This document shows positions 17,620 through 28,505 of a stretch of DNA of 64,000 nucleotides, piece after piece. Every line of letters starts with the position of its first letter. The first letter of the stretch is position 1. A program made the position numbers and the translations under genes. The notes under the pieces were generated by a model. That model made no database searches. It saw only the letters and a list, made by a program, of their open reading frames with translations, and was not told where the DNA came from. The DNA comes from Candidatus Nomurabacteria bacterium (GTDB lineage Bacteria > Patescibacteriota > Minisyncoccia > Phycocordibacterales > Phycocordibacteraceae), in assembly GCA_943353835.1 (NCBI GenBank), contig CALRBA010000001.1:17497-81496 (forward strand), read 5' to 3'.

Positions 17620-18420
17620 ATGAACAACAATTCACTTTATGAAATATTTGACAATGGAGGCGTGCGCATAGCGATTATCGGTGCACTCTCTATCCTCGCT
17701 CTCTTTCTACTCGCAGAGACGATAAATATAGCAGCGAACTTCGGTCGGTCGGGAGTACCGGCGACAGACACGGTTACCGTTCAGGGCGACGGACAGGCGA
17801 CTCTACCGCCGGATGTCGCGAAAATCTCATTCACCGTGGATAATACTTCTGCGACGGTTGCACAGGCACAAGACGCGACTACGAAGCAGGCGAACGCTGT
17901 GATTGAGTTCGTTAAGAAACAGGGAGTTGACGATAAAGATGTGAAAACGCTCTCATATAACATCTCTCCGCAGTATTCGTACCCGAACCCGTGTCAACAG
18001 GGGATGATGTGTCCGGAGTATTATCGTGCACCGAAGATTACCGGATATCAAGTGTCAGAGACAATTCAGATAACTATACGCGATCTCTCAAAAGTCGGAG
18101 AGATGCTCGGCGGGCTGGGTTCGCTTGAAGTGCAGAATGTAAACGGTCCCGCATTCGCCCTAAATGATTCAACTGCCGGCTACAGTGCCGCACGCGCCGA
18201 TGCAATTAATAAAGCTAAGTCGCAGGCGAAAACGCTCGCCGACCAGCTCGGTGTTAAGCTTGGGAAAATCGTGAACTTCAACGAATCCTCTGGCGGCTAT
18301 CAATATCCGATGATGTACGGCCTCGGCGGAGACGCGTCTGAAAAGTCGGCTGTTCCTGACGTGCCGGCGGGCGAGAATACCTACAGCGCCTCCGTCTCTA
18401 TCACCTACGAGATCCGGTAG
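17620..18420 (+). CDS. SIMPL (DUF541) domain protein
   Basis: TVTVQGDG...PDVAKISF, ARADAINKAKSQA, LGVKLGKI, ASVSITYEI. Confidence 0.92.
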   Translation: MNNNSLYEIFDNGGVRIAIIGALSILALFLLAETINIAANFGRSGVPATDTVTVQGDGQATLPPDVAKISFTVDNTSATVAQAQDATTKQANAVIEFVKKQGVDDKDVKTLSYNISPQYSYPNPCQQGMMCPEYYRAPKITGYQVSETIQITIRDLSKVGEMLGGLGSLEVQNVNGPAFALNDSTAGYSAARADAINKAKSQAKTLADQLGVKLGKIVNFNESSGGYQYPMMYGLGGDASEKSAVPDVPAGENTYSASVSITYEIR

Positions 18421-18449
18421 TTGACTCCGGTACGGCGTCATAGTATGCT
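18421..18449 (+). promoter_or_regulatory. Promoter of secE-nusG-rplK
   Basis: TTGACT-N17-TATGCT. Confidence 0.7.
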
Positions 18450-18498
18450 CTCTGTATTAGAGAGCCCGCAGGGCTTTTTTATTTAGTAACGCCCTTTT

Positions 18499-18681
18499 AT
18501 GACCTCACTATTCACCTATCTGAAGCATGTTCGCGAAGAGTTCACGCACATAGTCTGGCCGACGAATCGGACGGCGCTCGCACACACACTAGTTGTTATC
18601 GTTATCGGTATCGCGATTGCTCTCGTAGTAGCATTCTTTGATTACATCTTCGGTTCTGTAGTGAAGAGCATTGTCGGCTAA
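18499..18681 (+). CDS. secE: Preprotein translocase subunit SecE
   Basis: EFTHIVWPT plus TM helix, upstream of nusG. Confidence 0.93.
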   Translation: MTSLFTYLKHVREEFTHIVWPTNRTALAHTLVVIVIGIAIALVVAFFDYIFGSVVKSIVG

Positions 18682-18693
18682 TTCTCTCTATTT

Positions 18694-19320
18694 ATGGATA
18701 AAAACGAAACTCAGTATGAAAATGAAGTTCAACAGATGGCCGATATCGCGCCGATAGTGCGCAGTGAGATTCACGACGAGGTCACTCCGCGCGAAGAGGA
18801 TGCGCGCTGGTACACCATCCACACATATGCCGGCTATGAGAACGCAGTGGAACGCAACTTGAAACAGCGCATAGAATCGCTCGGAATGGATGGGAAAATA
18901 TTTAAGGTAATGGTGCCAACAGAAAAGAAAATAAGAGTGAAAAGTGGAAAAAGAATAGTAGAAGAAGAGAAGATTTATCCCGGCTATATTCTAGTTCGGA
19001 TGATAGTAGACGACGATTCATGGTTCGTGGTTCGCAACACCCCAAGGGTGACCGGCTTTGTCGGCTCTGGTAACACCCCCGTTCCGATGGAGGAGTCAGA
19101 AGTCGCCACACTGATGAAGCGTATGACGGCGGAGGCGCCGAAGCATCGCATAGACCTAGTGAAGGACGATCCTGTCGTCATCAGTGACGGCCCGTTCAAG
19201 GATTTGGAAGGGAAGGTGGGCGAGATAGACGAAGACCGCGGCAAGGTTAAAGTGATGGTCTCTATGTTCGGGCGCGAGACACCGGTAGAACTGGATTTCT
19301 TGCAGATACGCAAACTCTAG
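18694..19320 (+). CDS. nusG: Transcription factor NusG
   Basis: WYTIHTYAGYE, YPGYILV, VRNTPRVTGF, MFGRETPVELDF. Confidence 0.98.
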   Translation: MDKNETQYENEVQQMADIAPIVRSEIHDEVTPREEDARWYTIHTYAGYENAVERNLKQRIESLGMDGKIFKVMVPTEKKIRVKSGKRIVEEEKIYPGYILVRMIVDDDSWFVVRNTPRVTGFVGSGNTPVPMEESEVATLMKRMTAEAPKHRIDLVKDDPVVISDGPFKDLEGKVGEIDEDRGKVKVMVSMFGRETPVELDFLQIRKL

Positions 19321-19338
19321 CGTAAAGTCACATTCACC

Positions 19339-19758
19339 ATGGCTACCGTTGTAAAAAAGATTAAATTACAAATCCCCGGCGGGGCGGCGACGCCCGCGCC
19401 TCCTGTCGGTACCGCGCTTGGCCCCGCTGGAGTAAATATCGGTCAATTCGTGACCCAGTTCAATGCCGCCACGCAGGACAAGAAGGGGACTATCATCCCG
19501 ATAGAACTTTCGGTCTATGACGACCGTACGTTCACGTTCATAATGAAGAATCCGCCAGCCTCGCGCCTGATCCTCAAGGCGCTCGGGCTGGAGAAGGGTT
19601 CTAGTAAGGCGAAGGAGGAGAAAGTGGGCACACTTACTTCAGCACAGATAGATAAAATTGTGGAAGAAAAAATGCCTGACTTGCGAGCGAATAGTAAAGA
19701 GGCCGCCGCGCGTGTCATCGCTGGAACTGCGCGCTCAATGGGCGTGGAAGTGAAGTAA
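19339..19758 (+). CDS. rplK: 50S ribosomal protein L11
   Basis: [19 protein letters not shown]. Confidence 0.98.
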   Translation: MATVVKKIKLQIPGGAATPAPPVGTALGPAGVNIGQFVTQFNAATQDKKGTIIPIELSVYDDRTFTFIMKNPPASRLILKALGLEKGSSKAKEEKVGTLTSAQIDKIVEEKMPDLRANSKEAAARVIAGTARSMGVEVK

Positions 19759-19967
19759 GAAAGGTCGATGGACCTTGTGACCCAATAGGTCAATGTATTC
19801 ATTGAGATAGTTTTAGAGTGAAGCGAATAACCTATCTCTCTATAACTTGACGGTCGGCACAAAATAAGAAATCGGTACGATAAAATCTTGTGCTTGCTTT
19901 TCAGTTTCCATGCGCGTACAGTGCGTCCTGGTAATTTGTTCCAAACAATTCAACCAAGAAGGAGAGA

Positions 19968-20269
19968 GTGATGAACAAAAAAATAGTGGTAGGCAAATGG
20001 GGTAATAACCCCAACGAAGCAGAATATCTCAATGCACTATGCGACACTCTCGCGCGTGGCGACGTGAGAAAGACGCGGAATGGGTATACGCGGGCTATAT
20101 TCGCTCGGCAAGTGCATTTCAAGATGTCGGACGGTTTCCCCGCGCCTTCTACGAAACAACTTGCTTTCAAATCAATCCAGAAATAAAGAACATCGACGAC
20201 TTCGGCATGGATGATGTCAAATTGGTCAGCTACAAACATCAGGGACGTATCAAGGCAACACTGCTATGA
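19968..20269 (+). pseudogene. thyA: Thymidylate synthase remnant with large internal deletion
   Basis: ThyA-like N-terminus (EYLNAL...KTRNG.TRAIF...GFP..STKQLAFKSI) joined out of frame to ThyA-like C-terminus (INPEIKNIDDF..DDVKLVSYKH..RIKA). Confidence 0.85.
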
Positions 20270-20316
20270 GTCCAGTAGTAGGCAACAAATTCGGCAGCAA
20301 CTTCGGTTGCTGTTTT

Positions 20317-20997
20317 TTATTTCTTTTTCTTAATGTCGCGGTCGAGATAGAGGCGTGGGAGCATCATTTCTGGTTTCCATGCTTTCTTGAGCTGGCTGAC
20401 ATTTTTTGACGATTGATACTTGCCGCTCTTCGTATAATCAGAGCCGATGATTGGCCCAGTTTCAAAAAAAACTATCTGTGCGATGCGCCGCCCGACGACG
20501 AGCGGAATGATGTAGTTCTTTGAGTTGTTCGTTATCTCCATGGTCCAGCGATTCACATACCCCACGTCGCCCCAACCGGCACATTTGCATACTTCAATAA
20601 AATTACGTCCCATAGATGAGCGCGCTTTCATCATCGTCGTAACCGTGTCGCGCCCGCCTATAAATTCATTTGTGTGAGAGAGAATCGTCTCGCCAGGACG
20701 AAGCAGAATAACTTTGTCGTTCTGACTTATGCCGTCCCATTCAAATTGGTATTTCTTAAAAGCATCTTTTGCCCGTGTTGCACGCTCAACTTTGTTCGCG
20801 CCCCACACGTGCTTCATATGCTTCTCGCTCCAAATGTTGTACAGGCTATGATTGTACTTCGTTGGCTGTTCTCGGAAGAACCATTCGCCGAGCGTAACGT
20901 CGTAGCTTGATGTCGCGAGATTCTCCCGTTTGAACGGCTCAATAACAACCATACCTTTTTTCATCTGTTCCAGGATCTTTTTATCCGATAACGCCAT
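20317..20997 (-). CDS. dcd: dCTP deaminase family protein
   Basis: LSDKKI, SSYDVTLG, ARSSMGR, GWGDVGY, RIAQIVF, GKYQ. Confidence 0.88.
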   Translation of the reverse strand: MALSDKKILEQMKKGMVVIEPFKRENLATSSYDVTLGEWFFREQPTKYNHSLYNIWSEKHMKHVWGANKVERATRAKDAFKKYQFEWDGISQNDKVILLRPGETILSHTNEFIGGRDTVTTMMKARSSMGRNFIEVCKCAGWGDVGYVNRWTMEITNNSKNYIIPLVVGRRIAQIVFFETGPIIGSDYTKSGKYQSSKNVSQLKKAWKPEMMLPRLYLDRDIKKKK

Positions 20998-21041
20998 GGC
21001 GAGGATTATACTCTCATTAAGTGCTCGGGTATACTAACTGG

Positions 21042-22634
21042 ATGGAAGATAGGATACGAAAGGCGCTGGGAGAGAATGTAGTTATTCGGCGACCACCGAA
21101 TCCGGACTTCGGCGACTACGCCGTTTTTGTAGGGCCGGAAAAGGCGGAGTCGGCTGTGCAGGCGATTCGTAGCGAGCTTGGTGAGAAAGCATCAAAAATT
21201 GAAGTTGCCGGGAAGGGATTCGTGAATATCACTCTCACGCGGAGCGCAGTGACCTTCGCCGTTGCCGAGGCCGATGCGAAGGGCAATGATTGGGGGAAGG
21301 GAGTGGGTGAGGACGGGAAGCGTATTATTGTTGAATACTCAAACCCGAATGCATTTAAGGAAATGCACATCGGCCACTTGGTCGGTACGGTGGTCGGCGA
21401 ATCTTTGTCGCGACTAATAGAAAATTCCGGTGCAAAAGTTGCTCGTGATACATTCGGTGGCGACATAGGACCGAATGTGGCGAAGGCGCTCTGGGGATTA
21501 CAGAAGAGTGGCATCACTGAGCCGACGACCGCCGTGGAAGTGGGGGAGGCTTACAGCTCTGGATCAAATGCCTATGACAGTGACACGCTGGCGAAGACAG
21601 AGATAGACGCGCTGAATCAGGCGATATATGCCGGCACTGATAGAGCTCTTATGGAGCTCTGGCGCAAAGGGCGTGATGTTTCCATGGAGGAATTTCGCCG
21701 TATCTGGAAATTACTCGGCACGCATTTTGATTTTGAATTTTTTGACAGTGACACAACTGAAATTGGTCTGCGTGTCGTAAATGATGGACTCAACAAGAAT
21801 ATATTCCAAAAGAGCGACGGTGCGGTTATCTACAATGGCGAGAGAAAGGGCGTGCACACGCTCGTATTCATCACCTCGCATAACACCCCAACCTACGAAG
21901 CGAAGGATATCGGTCTCGCTTTCTTGAAGGAGGAACGGTGGCCGTCTGATAGGGTCATCATTGTTACGGGGAACGAGCAGGCAGGGCGTTTTAAGACTAT
22001 TCTAGCCGCACTCGGAGAGCTCGCGCCTCTGCTTGCGGAAAAAATAACACATGTAGCGACAGGCTTCTTGAAGCTCGCTTTTGGGAAGATGTCTTCGCGA
22101 GATGGGAATGTCATAACCGCTTCCGATTTCATTAAAGAAGTTATTGAGAAAGCGAGTGAGAAAAATGAGGACCCGCTCGTCGCCGAACAAGTCGCAGTCG
22201 GAGCGATTAAATATATGATCCTGCGCCAATCTCCGGGCTCGGACATTATTTTTGACGAAAAGAAATCACTCTCGCTTGAAGGCGACTCGGGTCCGTATCT
22301 GCAATACGCACTCGTTCGCGCCAAATCTATTGTCGCGAAAGCACCAAACACCAAACATCAAGCACCAAACAAAATGCCAGAAATTCTATATTCAATAGAG
22401 CGCATCATTTTGCATTTCCCAGAAGTGACTTCGCGCACAGCGCGCGAGCTCGCGCCCAATCTACTAGTGAACTATCTCACTGAGCTCGCGAGCGAGTGGA
22501 ATTCTTTTTATGCGCAAGAACGCATTATTGGTGGAGACGACGAAACGCACAAACTCCTCGTCGCCCGCGCATTTGTGAACACAATGACAAACGGTCTCAC
22601 CCTACTCGGCATCCCTGCGCCCGAAAAGATGTAA
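21042..22634 (+). CDS. argS: Arginine--tRNA ligase
   Basis: EYSNPNAFKEMHIGH, KMSSRDG, GDSGPYLQY, C-terminal PEKM. Confidence 0.97.
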   Translation: MEDRIRKALGENVVIRRPPNPDFGDYAVFVGPEKAESAVQAIRSELGEKASKIEVAGKGFVNITLTRSAVTFAVAEADAKGNDWGKGVGEDGKRIIVEYSNPNAFKEMHIGHLVGTVVGESLSRLIENSGAKVARDTFGGDIGPNVAKALWGLQKSGITEPTTAVEVGEAYSSGSNAYDSDTLAKTEIDALNQAIYAGTDRALMELWRKGRDVSMEEFRRIWKLLGTHFDFEFFDSDTTEIGLRVVNDGLNKNIFQKSDGAVIYNGERKGVHTLVFITSHNTPTYEAKDIGLAFLKEERWPSDRVIIVTGNEQAGRFKTILAALGELAPLLAEKITHVATGFLKLAFGKMSSRDGNVITASDFIKEVIEKASEKNEDPLVAEQVAVGAIKYMILRQSPGSDIIFDEKKSLSLEGDSGPYLQYALVRAKSIVAKAPNTKHQAPNKMPEILYSIERIILHFPEVTSRTARELAPNLLVNYLTELASEWNSFYAQERIIGGDDETHKLLVARAFVNTMTNGLTLLGIPAPEKM

Positions 22635-22651
22635 TGTTAGGATAGCTAGAT

Positions 22652-25600
22652 ATGGCAGACGGAGAGAAATCAGAAGTGTCCAAGAGAGAGGAGGCGATAC
22701 TTGCCTTTTGGGAGCGCGAGCACATCTTTAAAAAATCACTCGCGAAGAAGTCTCCGAAGGGCGAATTCGTTTTCTACGAAGGTCCGCCGACAGCGAATGC
22801 AGCTCCTGCGCTCCACCACCTCGAGGCACGCGCTTTTAAAGATGCGATTCCGCGATATAAAACAATGCGCGGGTATCGAGTGAATCGTCGAGCGGGATGG
22901 GACACTCACGGTCTCCCAGTGGAATTACAGGTGGAAAAAGAATTGGGGTTTTCTGGGAAAAAAGACATTGAGAAATACGGAGTTGCGGAATTTAATAAAA
23001 AGTGTCGGGAGAGTGTGTTCACTTATATAGATGCATGGGAAAAATTCACTAAGCGCATCGGATACTGGGTAGACGAGAAGAAAGCGTATTTCACTTTTGA
23101 TAGTTCTTATATGGAAGTGCTCTGGCATCTCTTCGCGCAGACAGCGAAGGACGGACGTCTATATAAAGATTATAAAGTTTTACCATGGTGTCCCCGATGC
23201 GGGACCGCACTTTCATCGCACGAGCTCGCACAAGGGTATCAAGACGTCAAAGACCTCACGGTCACGGCGAAATTTGAGCTTCTTGATGAGCCTGGCACGT
23301 TCCTACTCGCGTGGACGACAACTCCGTGGACTCTGCCCGGCAATGTCGCTCTCGCTGTGGGGGCAGATATTGAATACGGGGTGTATGAGGTTGGTGAAGA
23401 GAAAATAATCCTCGCCACAAAGATCGCTACAGAAAAGTCCTCGGGTATCCTCGCTTCGCTCGGCCAGACTATTTCTTCGCGACATTCGCGGCTCATAAAA
23501 GGTAGCGAATTGGTAGGTAAAAAATATAAACCACTCTACGACTTCGCCAAGAATCTTGTGACGGAAAGCGAGAAAGCAAAATTTGATAAGGCGTTTCAGG
23601 TATACTCCGCAGACTTCGTCACGACTGAAGACGGCACCGGCATAGTGCACACGGCTGTGATGTACGGACAGGAAGACTTTGAATTAGGAAATAAAATCGG
23701 ATTGCCGAGGGTACCTCTCGTGAACCCAGAAGGTAAGTTCGTTGAGGGCGTTGGATTCCTCTCTGGACTCTCGGTGGTCGAAGAATCAACATCGGTGGAG
23801 ATCTTAAAAGATCTCCAGACCCGCGGTCTACTTTTCAAAAAGGAGTCGTATACGCATACGTATCCCTTCTGCTGGCGCTGTAAAACTAGACTTATCTACT
23901 ACGCGCGCGATTCGTGGTATATCCGCATGCATGATTTGCGCGGCAAGCTTGTTACGGAGAATAAAAAAATTCACTGGGAACCGGCCTATATCCGTGAGGG
24001 ACGCATGGGGGAATGGCTTGCCAATGCAAAAGATTGGGCGATAAGCCGCGAGCGCTACTGGGGTACTCCGTTGCCGATCTGGAGAAGCTCAGATGGAAGC
24101 GAGCAACTGATAATCGGCTCAATAGACGAACTTAAAAAACACACGAAGAAATCCGGCAACACGTATTTCGTCATGCGTCATGGTATGGCAGAAAGTAATG
24201 CTAATAATTTTTGTAGTACTGACCCAATTAAGCAAAAAGACAATCATTTAACCAAAGAGGGTAAAGAACAAGTATTGAGAAAAATACATGAGTTTAAGCG
24301 CAGTGGCGGAATAGATATTATTGTCGCGTCACCATTTGAGCGGACGACAGAGACGGCTCGCATTGTTTCAGACGTACTTGGGTATGATCCCGGTCAAATT
24401 ATTTTTGATGACAGATTACGTGAGATATCCACTGGTGTGCTTGATGGTCATCCGATAAGCGAATATCGCGCTTTTTATTCAAACCTGCAGGAAAGATTCT
24501 TTAAAGAACCATCTGGTGGGGAAAATCTCACTGAAGTTAGAAGACGTGTTGGTGAGCTACTCTATGATCTAGAGTCTAAACATAAAAATAAAAGAATACT
24601 AATCGTGTCACATGGAGATGCTCTATGGATGTTACAACTCGCTGCATCAGGGAAGCCGTCTACTTCAACAACAGAATTTTCAGAAATGTTATTGGCCGAA
24701 ATTTGTGAACTTGATTTCATATCACTTCCACACAACGAGGACTACGAACTGGATTTGCACAGGCCGTACATTGATGAGGTTGTTCTCGTTTCAAACAAAG
24801 GAACGGAATTGCGGAGAGTGAAGGAAGTTATGGATGTATGGTTTGATTCCGGAGCAATGCCCTTCGCACAGGCGGCGAAAGAACGCGGGCACGAATCACT
24901 TGAAGATTTCTTAAAAAAAGTTGCGTATCCGGCTGATTTCATTTCTGAAGCCATCGACCAGACACGAGGCTGGTTCTATACTCTGCTTGCGGTCGGCACG
25001 CTCGCGGGGCGCGGTGCCGCTTTCAAGAACGCCATCTCACTCGGGCATCTCCTTGATGCCGAAGGCCAGAAAATGAGTAAATCAAAAGGGAATGTCGTTG
25101 ACCCGTGGGTAGAAATTGAAAAGTGGGGCGTTGACGCCCTACGTTTCTGGATGTACAGCGTGACTGGCGCCGGTGATTCAAAGAATTATGACGAGAAAAC
25201 TGTAAAAGAATCCGCAAAAGTTCTGGCATGGCTAGATAACAGCACAAAATTCTACAAAATATTTAATCACGGCGAACTAAAAATAGGAAAGAAGACAGTA
25301 CTTGATAAATGGATATACGCGCGTGTAGAAGAAACAGTCTTGAGCGTTACCGATGCGATGGACAACTACAGTCCGTTTGAAGCGATACGCGCAATCTCCG
25401 TTTTGTGCGAAGATTTGTCGCAATGGTATGTACGACGCGCGAGAGACCGTATGCGCGACGGTGACACCTCTGCATTGGAAACACTGCGTTACACACTGCA
25501 GAACACTGCGCTCCTACTCGCGCCATTTGCGCCTTTTATTGCGGAGGATATATATTGGAAGGTGAGGAGTGAGAACGACCCGGAGAGCGTACATCTCGCA

Positions 25601-26038
25601 GATTGGCCGGAAATTAAAAAACACTGGAGCTTATTTGGCGATTCCGATAAACAACTTGTTGCAGAAATGAAAAAAGTTCGAGTGGTTGCTTCACAGGCAC
25701 TTCAGCTCCGACAAAAGGCGAATATAAAAGTCCGCCAGCCACTCGCGAGCCTAACTGTTCCTGAAAAAATTAGTGCCGAGCTCGCGATTATTCTCGCTGA
25801 AGAGGTGAATGTTAAAAAAATAATTACCGGTAAAGAGCTCTCTCTAGACACGACACTCACACCTGAACTAATCAAAGAAGGCGATGAACGAGAGCTCGCG
25901 CGTGCGGTCGCCGAAGCGAGGAAGACGGAGGGATTTTATCCGAAGGACAAAGTGAACATAGAAATGCATCAGGAAGGTAAGTATTCTGTAACACTTTCAT
26001 CAAGCGTCGTGCGTTTTAATCTTGTCCGTGAGGCATAA
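22652..26038 (+). CDS. ileS: Isoleucine--tRNA ligase (type 2) with inserted histidine phosphatase domain
   Basis: [50 protein letters not shown]; RHG...SHG insert at about 24160-24720. Confidence 0.95.
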   Translation: MADGEKSEVSKREEAILAFWEREHIFKKSLAKKSPKGEFVFYEGPPTANAAPALHHLEARAFKDAIPRYKTMRGYRVNRRAGWDTHGLPVELQVEKELGFSGKKDIEKYGVAEFNKKCRESVFTYIDAWEKFTKRIGYWVDEKKAYFTFDSSYMEVLWHLFAQTAKDGRLYKDYKVLPWCPRCGTALSSHELAQGYQDVKDLTVTAKFELLDEPGTFLLAWTTTPWTLPGNVALAVGADIEYGVYEVGEEKIILATKIATEKSSGILASLGQTISSRHSRLIKGSELVGKKYKPLYDFAKNLVTESEKAKFDKAFQVYSADFVTTEDGTGIVHTAVMYGQEDFELGNKIGLPRVPLVNPEGKFVEGVGFLSGLSVVEESTSVEILKDLQTRGLLFKKESYTHTYPFCWRCKTRLIYYARDSWYIRMHDLRGKLVTENKKIHWEPAYIREGRMGEWLANAKDWAISRERYWGTPLPIWRSSDGSEQLIIGSIDELKKHTKKSGNTYFVMRHGMAESNANNFCSTDPIKQKDNHLTKEGKEQVLRKIHEFKRSGGIDIIVASPFERTTETARIVSDVLGYDPGQIIFDDRLREISTGVLDGHPISEYRAFYSNLQERFFKEPSGGENLTEVRRRVGELLYDLESKHKNKRILIVSHGDALWMLQLAASGKPSTSTTEFSEMLLAEICELDFISLPHNEDYELDLHRPYIDEVVLVSNKGTELRRVKEVMDVWFDSGAMPFAQAAKERGHESLEDFLKKVAYPADFISEAIDQTRGWFYTLLAVGTLAGRGAAFKNAISLGHLLDAEGQKMSKSKGNVVDPWVEIEKWGVDALRFWMYSVTGAGDSKNYDEKTVKESAKVLAWLDNSTKFYKIFNHGELKIGKKTVLDKWIYARVEETVLSVTDAMDNYSPFEAIRAISVLCEDLSQWYVRRARDRMRDGDTSALETLRYTLQNTALLLAPFAPFIAEDIYWKVRSENDPESVHLADWPEIKKHWSLFGDSDKQLVAEMKKVRVVASQALQLRQKANIKVRQPLASLTVPEKISAELAIILAEEVNVKKIITGKELSLDTTLTPELIKEGDERELARAVAEARKTEGFYPKDKVNIEMHQEGKYSVTLSSSVVRFNLVREA

Positions 26039-26597
26039 GTACGAGACACGTGCTATCGTACTTTCCCGTTCTCCGGTCGGGGAGGCAAGCACTTTTATTG
26101 TTCTTCTTACCAACGAACTTGGGCTCGTGCGCACTCTCTCGCAAGGAGTTCGTAAGAGTGGCGCGAAGCTTGCTCACGCGCTGACCACTTTCGCCGAGAG
26201 CGACATAGTGCTCGTGCGCGGGAAGGACGGTTGGCGACTCGCCGGCGCCATTCTCTCGGAGAATTGGTTCGCGAGGCTCGGCAGAGCCTCGCCTCGCGAG
26301 AGAGCCGGACGCATTTGCAGTCTCTTATTACGACTTGTCGCAGGCGAAGTTAGTGACCAAAAGCTATTTCCGATTATCAGAGGATTTTTTGATGCGCTGT
26401 CCACGCTTAAAGACGAGATGCACGAAGCCTCTGAAATTCTTACTGCACTTCGCATACTCGCTGTGCTTGGATTTGACGATGGAGGCATCCGTGGAATCCC
26501 GTCTGATTTTACACAGCCATTGCTCGCTGAAATTTTGAAAAATCGTATTAGTTATATTGCTCGTATCAATAACGGCATTAACGCCTCAGGCCTTTGA
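26028..26597 (+). CDS. recO: DNA repair protein RecO
   Basis: AIVL...GEA...LLTNELG...[10 protein letters not shown] RecO N-terminal pattern. Confidence 0.88.
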   Translation: MRHKYETRAIVLSRSPVGEASTFIVLLTNELGLVRTLSQGVRKSGAKLAHALTTFAESDIVLVRGKDGWRLAGAILSENWFARLGRASPRERAGRICSLLLRLVAGEVSDQKLFPIIRGFFDALSTLKDEMHEASEILTALRILAVLGFDDGGIRGIPSDFTQPLLAEILKNRISYIARINNGINASGL

Positions 26598-26610
26598 TAT
26601 ACTACATTTG

Positions 26611-28494
26611 ATGCCACCAAGACAAGATGATGATATCGGCTCTTTAGAGAAAGCCCGCAAACGGCTGTATGAGCCGGGAGCAGCTATGGATATACATCGT
26701 CCGCTTGTCGTTTCCGAAGGTCGTTCTATACCGCACGAATGGGAAAAAAATTCTCTTGATAACATACCACCTCAAGGGAAGCGGCATGTACGTTTCGCCG
26801 GCATATTCTTTGTATCGTCATTCATATTTTTCATTGCCGCGCTCGGAGTCGCCGGATACCTTTTCTATTTCGGAGTAAACTCGGTTTCGGTTAATAAAAT
26901 TACCATTGAGATCCTCGGTCCTACTACGATAGCCGGTGGCGACATCGTTCCGCTCTCAATCACGATAACGAACAGGAATCCTATTTCCGTTGAAAACGCA
27001 ACTGTAGAAATTAGTTTCCCTAACGGGACCGTCAGTGCGGACGGCTCTTTGAATGCGTACCCGCGCTATACGGAGAACTTCGGTACGTTAGAGAGCGGAG
27101 CAACCGTTACCAGGTCAATAAAGGCAATCATTTTCGGTGGAGCGGGACAGGCTCTTGTTCTACCTATATCCGTTTCTTTTGAGACTGCAGGCTCAAATTC
27201 TGTTTTTATAAAAAAGGACACATACGCTCTTGCCGTAACTTCAACCCCTCTCTCCGTATCGGTTGATACGATGACAGAAACCGTGTCCGGGAAGCCGATT
27301 ACGTTTACTCTTACTGTTCGTTCAAACGCGACAGTTCCTTTGAACAATGTACTATTGTCCGGTACGTTCCCGTTTGGATTTACCGTAAGCGATTCTTCAT
27401 TGCCTCTTAGTGGTTCAAATTTTATTCTTGGGACTATTCAGCCAGGCGCCATTAGTACAATAACGCTCACAGGAACGCTCTCCGGACAGAACAATGAACA
27501 GCGAGTTTTCCATTTCACCGTAGGCACTTCAAAATCTGCGAGCGACCAGACGCCCGCTGTCAATTATATGACGCAGGATGCAACCGTAACGATTACGGCG
27601 CCGTTTATCACGACGTCCATTTCAATCAACGGTGATACGGGGACGAATGTAGTTGTCTCCTCTGGAAGTTCTCATAATGTTACGGTTTCGTACGTAAACA
27701 CTCTTTCAACGTCAGTTACGAATGCGGAAGTTACAATAACGCTCTCTGGTTCAGCAATAGATTATGACAGCATCCAGACGACAAACGGTTTCTATCGTTC
27801 ACTAGACCGTACTATTGTCTTCAGTAGAGACACGGACCCATCTCTCTCGGCACTCGCTCCAGGCGCTTCCGGTATCGGCTCATTTACTTTTTCAACGCTC
27901 ACGGCTGGTTCTTTGGGCGGTACTCCTTCTATTACATTTACGACTTCCGTATCCGGTACTCGCGTCGGAGAAAGCAATGTACCGGAACAGATTAGCGCAT
28001 CAACCGTAAAGACTGTAAAAATTGCAACATCGGTCGTATTTTTATCATCTTCTCTGTACTCGTCCGGGTCTATAAGCAACAGCGGTCCTATACCTCCGCG
28101 AGTGGACAGAGCGACCACGTATACGATTCAGTGGAGTGCGCGTAACGGCGGTAGTACTATAGCTGACGGCATGGTCTCTGCGACACTACCTAGCTATGTG
28201 TCGTATACGGGCATAACTGCAGGCACCGGAGCGTTCTCGTATGACAAGGCGTCAAGAACCGTTTCGTGGAATATAGGTAATATAGCGCAAGAAGCAAATG
28301 TTGAAGGAGCATTCCAAGTCTCGCTCACTCCGTCAACCTCGCAGAAGGGAAGTGCGCCACAACTCACTGGCGCGGTGTCTTTTTCAGGGTATGACCGCTT
28401 TGCCGGAGTACAGGTTAAAGCATCCGCAGACCCGTCCACCACAGAAACAGTACGTGACCCCGGGTATACCAGTGCGAAGGCGACTGTGCAATAA
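26611..28494 (+). CDS. Membrane-anchored multi-Ig-like (DUF11-like) surface protein
   Basis: Single TM followed by Thr/Ser-rich beta-sandwich repeats; NSGPIPPRV...TYTIQW. Confidence 0.8.
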   Translation: MPPRQDDDIGSLEKARKRLYEPGAAMDIHRPLVVSEGRSIPHEWEKNSLDNIPPQGKRHVRFAGIFFVSSFIFFIAALGVAGYLFYFGVNSVSVNKITIEILGPTTIAGGDIVPLSITITNRNPISVENATVEISFPNGTVSADGSLNAYPRYTENFGTLESGATVTRSIKAIIFGGAGQALVLPISVSFETAGSNSVFIKKDTYALAVTSTPLSVSVDTMTETVSGKPITFTLTVRSNATVPLNNVLLSGTFPFGFTVSDSSLPLSGSNFILGTIQPGAISTITLTGTLSGQNNEQRVFHFTVGTSKSASDQTPAVNYMTQDATVTITAPFITTSISINGDTGTNVVVSSGSSHNVTVSYVNTLSTSVTNAEVTITLSGSAIDYDSIQTTNGFYRSLDRTIVFSRDTDPSLSALAPGASGIGSFTFSTLTAGSLGGTPSITFTTSVSGTRVGESNVPEQISASTVKTVKIATSVVFLSSSLYSSGSISNSGPIPPRVDRATTYTIQWSARNGGSTIADGMVSATLPSYVSYTGITAGTGAFSYDKASRTVSWNIGNIAQEANVEGAFQVSLTPSTSQKGSAPQLTGAVSFSGYDRFAGVQVKASADPSTTETVRDPGYTSAKATVQ

Positions 28495-28505
28495 TCTAAT
28501 CTTGT

